A stretch of 64,000 bases of DNA from the NCBI GenBank assembly GCA_050331595.1, contig JBHJGQ010000024.1, positions 72,684 through 136,683 on the forward strand, written 5' to 3'. Numbering within the stretch: position 1 is the stretch's first letter; the number at the start of each line of letters is the position of its first letter. Made by a program: the position numbers and the translations under genes. The notes below the pieces were generated by a model. That model did no database searches, had not been told where the DNA came from, and worked only from the letters and a program-made list of their open reading frames with translations. The DNA is from Opitutales bacterium. Lineage in GTDB: Bacteria > Verrucomicrobiota > Verrucomicrobiia > Opitutales > JBHJGM01. Below are positions 18,221 through 27,343 of the stretch, piece after piece.

Positions 18221-20533
18221 TCAGCGGTTGAGCATGCGCGGGTCGACGATGTCGCGCAACACATCCCCCAGCACGTTGAAGCAGATCACGGTGATGAAAA
18301 TGAGCAGGCCCGGGGTGAAGAGCCACCAGTAGCCCAGGAAAAAGATTTTCCCGTCCTTTTGCACCTGGCTGAGCATCAGCCCCCACGAGGCGTTGGGCTC
18401 GGCAATGCCCAGACCCAGAAACGACAGCGCCGCCTCGCCCAGCACGTAGCCGGGAATCGACAGCGTGGCCGCAACCAGCAGGTAGCTCGAAAGGTTGGGC
18501 AGCACGTGACGTGTCAGGTTGGTCAACGGTTTCGAGCCCATGCTCTCGGCGGCCATCACGTATTGCCGCCCGCGAATGGAGAGCGTCATCCCGCGGATCA
18601 CGCGCGCCCAGCCAGCCCAGCCGATCACCGAGAGCACGATGATGATGACCACGTACATTTCGTCCGATTCAAACGTGCTGCCCAGGGCCGCGCGCAGCGA
18701 CAACAGCAGGTAGAGTCCGGGCACCGCCATCAGAAACTCCACGAAGCGCATCGCCAAAAAGTCCACAGAGCCGCCGAAGTAGCCCGCCAGCCCGCCGATC
18801 AGAAATGCCATCACGATGGTGATCGAAATGCCGATCAGCCCGACCGACATCGAGACGCGTGCGCCGTAGAGCAACCGTGAGAACACGCACCGCCCGGTCG
18901 AATCGCTGCCCATCAGGTAGATGCGCGCGTTCGGGTCATCGGTCTCCAGCTGGAAGAGCCGCAGGGTCGAGGTCCACTCCCAGCCGAACAGCTTGGCCAC
19001 GGTGTACTCGGAGCCGGAGGCGAAAAGCCGCAGCGGCACGGACGCGCCCTTCACCGGCGCGTAGTACGGGTCGGCGGCGTTGTCGCGGGCGTACACCTGC
19101 ACGGCCAATCCATCGTCCGACCAGGTCAGGGCCGAGGGCGGGTGAAAGGTTTTGGTGAGATTGCTTTCGTTGGGCAGGTACGGCGCCAGGAACTGTGCGA
19201 AGAGCGCGCTCAAGTACAGCACGCCCAGCACCGCCAGGCTGATCACGCCGGAGGCCCGACGCAGGAGCGGTTTGCCCAGCCGCTTGCCCAGGTTGAAAAC
19301 AAGGTAGCCTACCAGCCCAAGGCAACCGACCGCGATCAATCCAACGATCGTGTAGAGGCTGTACTCCAGGGCGATGAGCAGGCCGTCCAGCGCCCAGCCA
19401 GGCAGCAACTCCTGCGCAAGGATGACGCTGCCGGGAATCCCGATCAGGACCAGGCCGATGATCAGCATCCGTTTCGCGCTCAAGGGCGTGCCACCGCTTT
19501 CCAGGCGTATGCGCGGGTCGCTCCAGGCCAGCAGCAGGTCTGCCAGCAGGTTGCCGAGGATCAGCATGACCACGCTGATCATCACCCCCGCCATCACCAC
19601 GTACTGGTCCTCAGCCTGAAACGCCGCGAACATCAGCTGCCCCAGACCTGGGTACGTGAAGACCTGCTCCACGATCAACGCGCCCGACAGCAACGACGAA
19701 AAGGCAAAGCCGAAGCTGGTGATCAGCGGGTTGATCGCATTGCGCAGCACATGCTTGAAGAGCACCTTGTTTTCGGACAGCCCCTTGGCCCGGGCGGTCG
19801 TGGCAAAGTCTGCCCGCAGGTAGTCCAGGTAGTTGCCGCGCATGATGCGCATCATCCCGGCCACGCTGGCGATCCCCAGGACGAAGGTCGGCAACATCAG
19901 GTGATGCAGGTAGTCCCAGGTGCGCTCCAGCGGGCCCATGAACTCCGAATCCAGCGCCGAGCTGCCACCCATTGGGAACAGGCCGGTATTGGCCGCGAAC
20001 ATCACCATCAGCAGCGCGGTGAAAAACTCCGGAATCGAGAGAAACGAATACGCCCCCAGGCTGGCCCCACGGTCAAAGAGCTTGTCCTTCTGAATCGCCG
20101 AGAACACCCCCAGCGGAATCGCGATGCACCAGGCAAAAAGTAGCGAGGTGAGCGACAGCACGACCGTCCGGGGCAGGCGCTGACCGATCAGTGCCGTCAC
20201 GTCGATGTTGTACTCAAAGGAGTAACCCAGGTCCGGTGCGCCCAGGCGGAGGTCTGTCCACAACACGCCCTCATCAGAGGCAAACTTCAGCGGCGAGAGG
20301 TTGTTCAGCCAGAAAAGGTACTGCACGTACCAGGCGCGCGGTTCGCCTTCGGCGTTGACGAAGCCATACTGCCGTTCCAGCTGCAGAATGAGTTCTTTAT
20401 CAACGTCTGGGTTCGCTTGGAGTTTGTCCAGAAAGTCTCCCGGTGCCAGGTACATCAGCAGGAAGACCATCAGCGAGATACCGAACAAAAGCGGGATCGT
20501 CGCCAGGAGCCTCCGGATGATTACGTTGAGCAT
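18221..20533 (-). CDS. Fused OppB-like::OppC-like ABC permease (770 aa)
   Basis: The N-terminal half begins MLNVIIRRLLATIPLLFGISLMVFLLMYLAPGDF and ends ...LLLAWSDPRIRLE, a complete OppB-type module. The second half has an OppC-type body ending FNVLGDVLRDIVDPRM. Confidence 0.85.
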   Translation of the reverse strand: MLNVIIRRLLATIPLLFGISLMVFLLMYLAPGDFLDKLQANPDVDKELILQLERQYGFVNAEGEPRAWYVQYLFWLNNLSPLKFASDEGVLWTDLRLGAPDLGYSFEYNIDVTALIGQRLPRTVVLSLTSLLFAWCIAIPLGVFSAIQKDKLFDRGASLGAYSFLSIPEFFTALLMVMFAANTGLFPMGGSSALDSEFMGPLERTWDYLHHLMLPTFVLGIASVAGMMRIMRGNYLDYLRADFATTARAKGLSENKVLFKHVLRNAINPLITSFGFAFSSLLSGALIVEQVFTYPGLGQLMFAAFQAEDQYVVMAGVMISVVMLILGNLLADLLLAWSDPRIRLESGGTPLSAKRMLIIGLVLIGIPGSVILAQELLPGWALDGLLIALEYSLYTIVGLIAVGCLGLVGYLVFNLGKRLGKPLLRRASGVISLAVLGVLYLSALFAQFLAPYLPNESNLTKTFHPPSALTWSDDGLAVQVYARDNAADPYYAPVKGASVPLRLFASGSEYTVAKLFGWEWTSTLRLFQLETDDPNARIYLMGSDSTGRCVFSRLLYGARVSMSVGLIGISITIVMAFLIGGLAGYFGGSVDFLAMRFVEFLMAVPGLYLLLSLRAALGSTFESDEMYVVIIIVLSVIGWAGWARVIRGMTLSIRGRQYVMAAESMGSKPLTNLTRHVLPNLSSYLLVAATLSIPGYVLGEAALSFLGLGIAEPNASWGLMLSQVQKDGKIFFLGYWWLFTPGLLIFITVICFNVLGDVLRDIVDPRMLNR

Positions 20534-20554
20534 CGTGGGAAACGTCGCGACCGT

Positions 20555-22402
20555 CTACGGGTCGGCGGTCCAGAGTTCATCCAGGTTCCAGAGGATGCTG
20601 CCCGAGGGCGGCACGCGCACGTTCTGCCACTCGTTGCGAATACCGACAAAGCCCAGCGGCGTCACCATGAACAACAGCGGCAGCTCCTCGGCAAAGATCG
20701 CTTGAATCTCCGCGAAGTAGGCGATGCGTTGGGCCTGGTCGAAGGTCTGCTCCTGCAAATCGATCAGGGCGTCGACGCGCGCTTCCCATTCGGTCACTGG
20801 CTCGGGCTGTTCGGGATGCCAGACATGAAATCGCCCGTCTGAGCGATACAGCACCTTGCTGCCGGATGGATCGCCGGCACCGCCCGTGGATCCCCAACCG
20901 AGGATCGACAAGTCGTAGTCGAAGGTGTTGCCCGTGCGGTCCAGTACCGCCCCAAAGTCGATGAAGCTCACCTCCAACTCGATCCCCAGCGCCGCCAAGT
21001 TTTCTTTCAGCGTGGTCGCCAGCGAGGTGACTGTCGGGCTGCCGTCGTAGGCTAGAAACTCGAAGGACACGGCAATGCCCTTTGCGTCAACCAGCTGTCC
21101 CGAGTCGTCTTTACGAAAGCCCGCCTCTTGCAGCAGTGCCATCGCCTTGGCCGGGTCGTAGCGGTATTGGCGGGTGTTAGGGTTGTGCCACTTGGGGTTG
21201 CCCGCGCTGATCACCGAATCCAGATGGGAGGCCTGGCCGAGGTAGACGCCGTCGATCAGCCCCTGCCGATCGAAGCCGTACAGCACCGCCTGGCGGAAGC
21301 GCTTGTCGGTGAACCAGCGCAGCTTGTGTTCCTCCATGTAGGGCTCGCCCTCATCGTTCGCGCCGCGGTGCTGATTGAAAAACATGAAAAAGATGCTCGA
21401 ACTGGGCCCGCGTGCGATGATGCGAAAGTCGTTGGCTTCGGCCTCCGGTTCGACCCAGGGCAGATCCGTCGCCGGGACGCCTTGAGCGTCCAGCTCACCA
21501 GCGGCGAAGCGCACCGTGGCCAGCGTACTTTGCGGCACAAAAACGGTCACCAGAAAGTCGAGGTAGGGCAGGCGCTGGTTGCTGCGGTCCGCGCGCCAGT
21601 AATGCGGATTGCGCGTGTAGGTGATGCGCTCACCGGGTTTGAAGCTGAGGATTTTGAACGGTCCGGTGCCGACCAATTCCTCCGGCGTGCGGATGGCCGT
21701 CTCCGTACTCCACTGCTCCATTAGCGTGCCGTCGTCGAAGTAACGGCGCAGCTTGTGCTCGGGCAGGATCGGGATGCTCTGAATGTCGTAGACGAAAGGT
21801 GAATACGGGCGCGGCGTCGTGATCGTGACCGTGTGTTGGTCCACTTTGGCGTAGGTGATCAACTCGCCGCCGATGGTGAACTGCTGAAAGGTCCGGCTGG
21901 GAAAGCGCGGTTTGCCCGGCCCTTCCGCAGACGCGCTCCCTTCCTCGGTGGCAAAGACGCAGTCGAGCGTGAAGATGACGTCGTCAGCGTCGAAGGGCTC
22001 GCCGTCGCTCCACTTCACGCCGCGCCGCAGGTGAAAGGTGTAGGTCCGGTCGTCTGCCGAGCGCTCCCAGCTTTTGGCCAACGCGCCCTTGAACTCTTGC
22101 GTCACCAGATCCGTCGTGACCAGCCCGTCCAAAAACCGCCCCCGGGCGATGCTGGAGGCCTGGTCGCCCGGCACCAGAAAGTTGAAGGTCTTGGGCTCGG
22201 TGGTGTCGGCCAGTATGAGCACGCCGCCGTACTCGCCCGGCTCGCAGTCCGCAATGTCGACGTCCTCAGGCAGGTTGGGGTCCGGCTTGGGTGCCTCGCG
22301 CGAAAGCGTTTCGCCACAACCGGACGACCCCAGCAGCGCCGCGCTCAACAGCCAGCCTCCAACCCGGCGCACCTTCCCCCTTTCCAGACCGATGACCATC
22401 AA
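20555..22402 (-). CDS. Family-5 peptide ABC substrate-binding lipoprotein (SBP1)
   Basis: Track ORF of 615 aa. The lipobox is ...ALLGSSGC. It is the first gene of the operon. Confidence 0.88.
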   Translation of the reverse strand: MMVIGLERGKVRRVGGWLLSAALLGSSGCGETLSREAPKPDPNLPEDVDIADCEPGEYGGVLILADTTEPKTFNFLVPGDQASSIARGRFLDGLVTTDLVTQEFKGALAKSWERSADDRTYTFHLRRGVKWSDGEPFDADDVIFTLDCVFATEEGSASAEGPGKPRFPSRTFQQFTIGGELITYAKVDQHTVTITTPRPYSPFVYDIQSIPILPEHKLRRYFDDGTLMEQWSTETAIRTPEELVGTGPFKILSFKPGERITYTRNPHYWRADRSNQRLPYLDFLVTVFVPQSTLATVRFAAGELDAQGVPATDLPWVEPEAEANDFRIIARGPSSSIFFMFFNQHRGANDEGEPYMEEHKLRWFTDKRFRQAVLYGFDRQGLIDGVYLGQASHLDSVISAGNPKWHNPNTRQYRYDPAKAMALLQEAGFRKDDSGQLVDAKGIAVSFEFLAYDGSPTVTSLATTLKENLAALGIELEVSFIDFGAVLDRTGNTFDYDLSILGWGSTGGAGDPSGSKVLYRSDGRFHVWHPEQPEPVTEWEARVDALIDLQEQTFDQAQRIAYFAEIQAIFAEELPLLFMVTPLGFVGIRNEWQNVRVPPSGSILWNLDELWTADP

Positions 22403-22513
22403 CCTAATCCCAAACGGCTTAACCGATTGCTTGTCGCCAAGGCAAGCGTCCGCTCAAGCGCTGCGGACACCCATCGGGCAAGCCGCGTTCCAGTCAAGCG
22501 CGACGTTTCTGCC

Positions 22514-23533
22514 TTACCGGTGGCTGGGCCGCCAGCTTTGCAGGATGCGCAGGTAGTTGGCGCGCTCAATGGCAGAGGGGTCGGGGCAATGCAGGTAGCT
22601 CATGTTGCCGCGCATCTGCTCGATGGACTCAAATTCGTTTTCCTCCATCCAGCGCACCATGTCCTCGCGCAGGGTGCCGATGTACTCAGGCCCGTTTTGG
22701 AGTAGCGCTGAGACCACTTGCACGCACGCGGCACCGGTCATCACGCCCTTGATCGCATCAACGGCTGAATGCACGCCGCCGGTTAGCGCGAGGTCCAACC
22801 CGGTGCGCCCGTAGAGCACGGACATCCAGCGCAGCCGCAGGCCCAGCTCACTCGGGTCGGATAGGCGTAGCCGCGGTTGCATCTCGAGGTTCTCCACGTC
22901 GATATCGGGCTGGTAAAATCGGTTGAAGAGCACCAACCCGTTGACCCCCATCGCCTGCAGCCGCCGCGCGAAATGCGGCAGGGCGGTGAAAAACGGGCTG
23001 AGCTTGACCGCCAGAGGAATGCGCACGGCCTGCCGCACCACCGAGACCACCTCCAGCAGGTTGTCCAGGATCTGCGTTTCGGTATCCTCCAGCTCGGTCG
23101 GCACCTGGTACAGGTTGAGTTCCAGCGCGTCTGCCCCAGCGGACTCCATTTGCGTGGCGTATTGAATCCAGCCGCCCAGGTTGAGGCCGTTCAGCGACGC
23201 AACCACCGGCACGCTGACCGCCTCCTTGATCCGCTGCAGCTGGCTGAGGTACTGGTCCGGGCCGAGCGTGAAATCGATCGTGCGCGGGAAGTACGTTGTC
23301 GCCTCAGGGAAGTTTTCTTCGTGACTGACGATGTGCGACTCCAGGGCATCTTCAAAGGCGCGAATCTGCTCCTCAAAAAGCGAGTGCATCACGATCGCGG
23401 CCGCCCCGGCGTCCTCCAGGCGCCGCACCTGGTCCATGTGGTCGACCAGGGGCGAAGCGCCGGCGACCAGGGGGTGGGGCAGCTTCAGGCCAAGGTATTC
23501 GGTTTTGAGGTCAGGAGTGCTCAGGGTGGTCAT
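22514..23533 (-). CDS. Dihydroorotate dehydrogenase-like TIM-barrel flavoprotein (function unknown)
   Basis: Track ORF of 339 aa: LGLKLPHPLVAGASPL..., IPLAVKLSP, GVNGLVLFNR, LTGGVHSAVDAIKGVMTGAACVQVVSAL. It starts 26 nt after the PFOR stop. Confidence 0.75.
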   Translation of the reverse strand: MTTLSTPDLKTEYLGLKLPHPLVAGASPLVDHMDQVRRLEDAGAAAIVMHSLFEEQIRAFEDALESHIVSHEENFPEATTYFPRTIDFTLGPDQYLSQLQRIKEAVSVPVVASLNGLNLGGWIQYATQMESAGADALELNLYQVPTELEDTETQILDNLLEVVSVVRQAVRIPLAVKLSPFFTALPHFARRLQAMGVNGLVLFNRFYQPDIDVENLEMQPRLRLSDPSELGLRLRWMSVLYGRTGLDLALTGGVHSAVDAIKGVMTGAACVQVVSALLQNGPEYIGTLREDMVRWMEENEFESIEQMRGNMSYLHCPDPSAIERANYLRILQSWRPSHR

Positions 23534-23559
23534 GCGTCAGGAAAAAGAGGGTGATGGGG

Positions 23560-26500
23560 TTACTCGGCAGTGCCGTTGGTTGGGGGAGTTTCGGGGGTCT
23601 CGGCGTCTGCGTCGGCATCGGCTTTCTTCGCCAGCGGCGCGGTTTTTGAAAGCGCCTCCAACCGAGCGTACCGATGCTCGATTTGCTCGCTGGCTTGCGC
23701 GGCCAGTGCCTCCGCCCGCTCCGGGTCGGCGTTCATCAAAATCTTGTAGCGCGCCTCCTGCTCCAAAAATTCCTGCAGGCGCACCTTTGGCTTGGGGCTG
23801 TCGAGTTTGAGGGCCGGCTCGCCCTTGGCTTCGCGTCGCGGGTCGAAGCGGTATAGCGGCCAGTAGCCGGTCTGCATGGCGCGCTTTTGCTGCTCCATGC
23901 CAAAGCCCAGGTTGAACCCGTGGGCGATGCAGTGGCTGTACGCGATGACCAGCGAGGGACCGCGGAAACTCTCCGCTTCGGCCAGGGCCTGTACGGTCTG
24001 ATTGTCCTTAGCGCCCATCGCGATGCTGGCCACGTACACGTTGCCGTAACCCATCGCGATGCGGCCCAGGTCTTTCTTCGGCTGCGCCTTGCCGGCGGCG
24101 GCAAACTTGGCCACCGCACCCAGCGGCGTCGACTTCGACTGCTGGCCGCCGGTGTTGGAATAAACCTCGGTGTCGAGCACGAGAATATTGACGTCCTCGC
24201 CCGAAGCCAGCACGTGGTCCAGCCCGCCGTAGCCGATGTCGTAGGCCCAGCCGTCGCCGCCGACGATCCAGACGGATTTGCGCACCAGGTCGTCCGCGCT
24301 CGACAGCAGCGCCTGCGCCGTGTCGCCCGTCATCGCGGCCAACTCCGGCTTCAACTGCTCGACCAGGCGGCGCTGCTGCTGCACCTCGGCTTCCGTAACT
24401 TGCGGATTGGACTTGAGCGCGGCGACCCGTTCCGCGTCCAGGCCGGCAGCGATCGCATCCAGCCGTTCGAAGGCGATTTGCAGGCGCTTGTCCGCAGCCA
24501 GGCGCATGCCCAGGCCAAACTCGGCATTGTCTTCAAAGAGGGAGTTGCTCCACGCCGGCCCGCGTCCGTGGTGGTCCATTGTATAGGGCGTAGTGGGCAG
24601 GTTGCCGCCGTAAATCGAGGAACAGCCCGTGGCGTTGGCGATCAGCAAACGGTCGCCCACCAACTGCGTGAGCAACTTCAGGTACGGCGTCTCGCCGCAG
24701 CCCGCGCACGCGCCCGAATACTCAAAGAGCGGCTGGCGAAACTGCGTCCCCTTCACATCCATGGGCAGCGACGAACGCTCGGGCGGGGCGATTTGCTCGA
24801 AGTAGGTGAACTTGCGCTGCTCGCGCTCGCGCACCTCGATCAGCGGGGTCATGTCGATCGCTTTGTGCCGGGGGTTGTGCTTGTCTTTGCTCGGGCACAC
24901 GTGCACGCACAACGTGCAGCCGGTGCAATCCTCCGGAGCGACCTGGATCGTGAAAAATTTCCCCGCGAACTCGCGTGAGCGAAACTTCACCGACTGCCAA
25001 TCGTCCGGTGCGTCTTGGATCGCGTCCTCGTCGTAAAACTTCGCGCGAATGGCCGCATGCGGACAGACCAGCGCGCACTTGTTGCACTGGATGCAGATCG
25101 ACGGATCCCAGACCGGCACCTCCTGGGCGATGGAGCGTTTCTCCCACTTGGCCGTGCCGCTGGGCCAGGTGCCGTCGGCGGGAAACGCACTGACAGGCAA
25201 CCGGTCGCCCTTGCCGGCCATGAGCTCCGCCGTCACGGTGCGGATGAACTCCGGCGCCGAATCCGGCAGCAGGGTGGGCGCGGCGTTCCAGTCGCTGGTC
25301 ACCTCGCTTGGTAGGGGAATCTCCGCCAGGTTGGCCATGGTCTGGTCCACCGCCGCGCAGTTGCGCTTGACGATGTCCGGGCCGCGCTTGCCGTAGGTCT
25401 TTTCGATGGCGCTCTTGATTTCCTGGATTGCCCGGTCGGCGGGCAGCACGCCCGACAGCGCGAAAAATGCCGTCTGCATGACCGTGTTGATCCGGCCGCC
25501 CATGCCCGCTTCGCGCGCCACCTTGTACGCGTCGATGGCGAACACCCGCACCTTACGCTCGAGGATGGTCTGCTGCGCGTTGCGCGGCAGGTGCTCCCAG
25601 AGTCGTTCCGGCGCGAAGACCGCGTTGAGCAGCAGCACGCCGCCCTCGGCCACCGATTCGGCCACGTCGATTTTCTCGATGAATTGCCATTGGTGGCAGC
25701 CGACGAAGTTCGCCTGCTCGATCAGGTAAGGCGCGCGGATTGGGTTGGGCCCGAAGCGCAGGTGCGACACCGTCAAGGCGCCTGATTTCTTCGAGTCGTA
25801 AACGAAGTAGGCCTGCGCGTGGTGATCGGTGCATTCGCCGATAATTTTGATCGTGTTCTTGTTCGCGCCCACGGTCCCATCGGAGCCGAGTCCGTAAAAG
25901 ACCGCCCGAATCGTATCGGGATCTTCGATACGAAACGCCTCGTCTACCGGCAGCGACAGCCGCGAGACGTCGTCCTCGATGCCCACGGTAAAGTGCCGGC
26001 GCGGATTGGCTGTCTTCAGCGAATCGAAGACCGCCTTGGCCATCGCCGGGCTGAACTCTTTCGAGCCCAGGCCGTAGCGCCCGCCGGTCACGGTGACCTC
26101 GCCCAACCGTCCCGTTTCCATCAGCGCGGTCACCACGTCCTGATAGAGCGGTTCGCCCAGCGAGCCGGGTTCTTTGGTGCGGTCCAGCACGGCCACCCGC
26201 CGCACCGAAACCGGCAGCGCCGCGGCCAGCAGCGCGGCGCTGAAGGGCCGGTACAGGCGCACCTTCAACACGCCGGTCTTGCCGCCAGACGCATTCAAAT
26301 GTTGGGCGACCAGTTCGCACGTTTCCGTGCTCGAACCGATCGCCACGACGACACGCTCGGCCTCGGGATCGCCCACGTATTCAAACGGTCGATACGTGCG
26401 TCCCGTCAACTCGGCAAAGCGAGCCATCACTTGCTCAATCACCTCGGTAGCTTGTTCAAAATACGGATTGGCCGCCTCGCGGCACTGGAAGAACACATCC

Positions 26501-27168
26501 GGATTCTGCGCCGTACCGCGAATGACCGGGAGGTTCGGGTCCAGGGCGCGTTCCCGAAAGGCCGCGATGGCGTCGTCGGAGATCAACGCGCTCAGCTGCG
26601 CATCCGTTAGCGGCGTGTAGGCGTTGACCTCGTGCGAGGTGCGGAAACCGTCGAAGAAATGCACCAGTGGAATGCGCGCCTCCAGCGTCGCCGCGTGGGC
26701 AATGGCCGCCAGGTCGTGGGCTTCCTGCACCGAATTCGACGCCAGAAACCCAAAGCCCGTCATCCGCGCGCACATCACGTCCGAGTGGTCGCCAAAGATC
26801 GACAGCGCGTGCGTGGCCAGGCTTCGGGCGGTTACGTGCATGCAAAACGGCGTCAGTTCGCCGGCGATCTTGTACATGTTGGGCAGCATCAGCAGCAGCC
26901 CCTGCGAGGCCGTGAAGGTCGTGGTCAGCGCCCCGGCTTGGAGCGCCCCGTGGACCGCGCCAGCCACGCCCCCTTCGGACTGAAGCTGGGCGATCTGCGG
27001 CACCGTCCCCCAGAGGTTGCGTTGCCCGGTCGCCGACCAGGCGTCGCAGTGTTCGGCCATCGGCGAGGACGGGGTGATCGGATACATGGCCACCAACTCA
27101 CTCAGCTTGTAGGCCACCTGGGCCGCTGCTTCGTTGGCGTCTTTGACAGAGAGGGACTTGGGTTGCAT
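23560..27168 (-). CDS. nifJ: Pyruvate:ferredoxin (flavodoxin) oxidoreductase
   Basis: Track ORF 23560..27204 trimmed to ATG 27168 (MQPKSLSVKDANEAAAQVAYKLSE). Two 4Fe-4S motifs are present (CIQCNKCALVCPHAAIR and CTGCTLCVHVCP), together with the TPP site GGDGWAYDIGYGGLDHV. Confidence 0.97.
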   Translation of the reverse strand: MQPKSLSVKDANEAAAQVAYKLSELVAMYPITPSSPMAEHCDAWSATGQRNLWGTVPQIAQLQSEGGVAGAVHGALQAGALTTTFTASQGLLLMLPNMYKIAGELTPFCMHVTARSLATHALSIFGDHSDVMCARMTGFGFLASNSVQEAHDLAAIAHAATLEARIPLVHFFDGFRTSHEVNAYTPLTDAQLSALISDDAIAAFRERALDPNLPVIRGTAQNPDVFFQCREAANPYFEQATEVIEQVMARFAELTGRTYRPFEYVGDPEAERVVVAIGSSTETCELVAQHLNASGGKTGVLKVRLYRPFSAALLAAALPVSVRRVAVLDRTKEPGSLGEPLYQDVVTALMETGRLGEVTVTGGRYGLGSKEFSPAMAKAVFDSLKTANPRRHFTVGIEDDVSRLSLPVDEAFRIEDPDTIRAVFYGLGSDGTVGANKNTIKIIGECTDHHAQAYFVYDSKKSGALTVSHLRFGPNPIRAPYLIEQANFVGCHQWQFIEKIDVAESVAEGGVLLLNAVFAPERLWEHLPRNAQQTILERKVRVFAIDAYKVAREAGMGGRINTVMQTAFFALSGVLPADRAIQEIKSAIEKTYGKRGPDIVKRNCAAVDQTMANLAEIPLPSEVTSDWNAAPTLLPDSAPEFIRTVTAELMAGKGDRLPVSAFPADGTWPSGTAKWEKRSIAQEVPVWDPSICIQCNKCALVCPHAAIRAKFYDEDAIQDAPDDWQSVKFRSREFAGKFFTIQVAPEDCTGCTLCVHVCPSKDKHNPRHKAIDMTPLIEVREREQRKFTYFEQIAPPERSSLPMDVKGTQFRQPLFEYSGACAGCGETPYLKLLTQLVGDRLLIANATGCSSIYGGNLPTTPYTMDHHGRGPAWSNSLFEDNAEFGLGMRLAADKRLQIAFERLDAIAAGLDAERVAALKSNPQVTEAEVQQQRRLVEQLKPELAAMTGDTAQALLSSADDLVRKSVWIVGGDGWAYDIGYGGLDHVLASGEDVNILVLDTEVYSNTGGQQSKSTPLGAVAKFAAAGKAQPKKDLGRIAMGYGNVYVASIAMGAKDNQTVQALAEAESFRGPSLVIAYSHCIAHGFNLGFGMEQQKRAMQTGYWPLYRFDPRREAKGEPALKLDSPKPKVRLQEFLEQEARYKILMNADPERAEALAAQASEQIEHRYARLEALSKTAPLAKKADADADAETPETPPTNGTAE

Positions 27169-27343
27169 CAGACTTGGTATAAGACGGACTAAAGATGTCC
27201 GCACATAGGGTCAATAAATTCTTATAGTAAATTTTAGCGGCGCCCAGCCTTTCAATTGCCTTGGGACATCGACAGCAACCGCGCTTGGGCCTAATTTCAC
27301 TAGCTTTCGTCGCCTCTACCCAAGCTTGAATCGTGCACAATCC
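27169..27343. promoter_or_regulatory. Divergent nifJ / hrpA intergenic region with a local AT-rich patch (probable promoters)
   Basis: 175 nt lie between divergent starts. The region contains ...GGGTCAATAAATTCTTATAGTAAATTTTAGCGG..., which is far below the window's GC content. I could not assign specific -35/-10 boxes. Confidence 0.3.
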
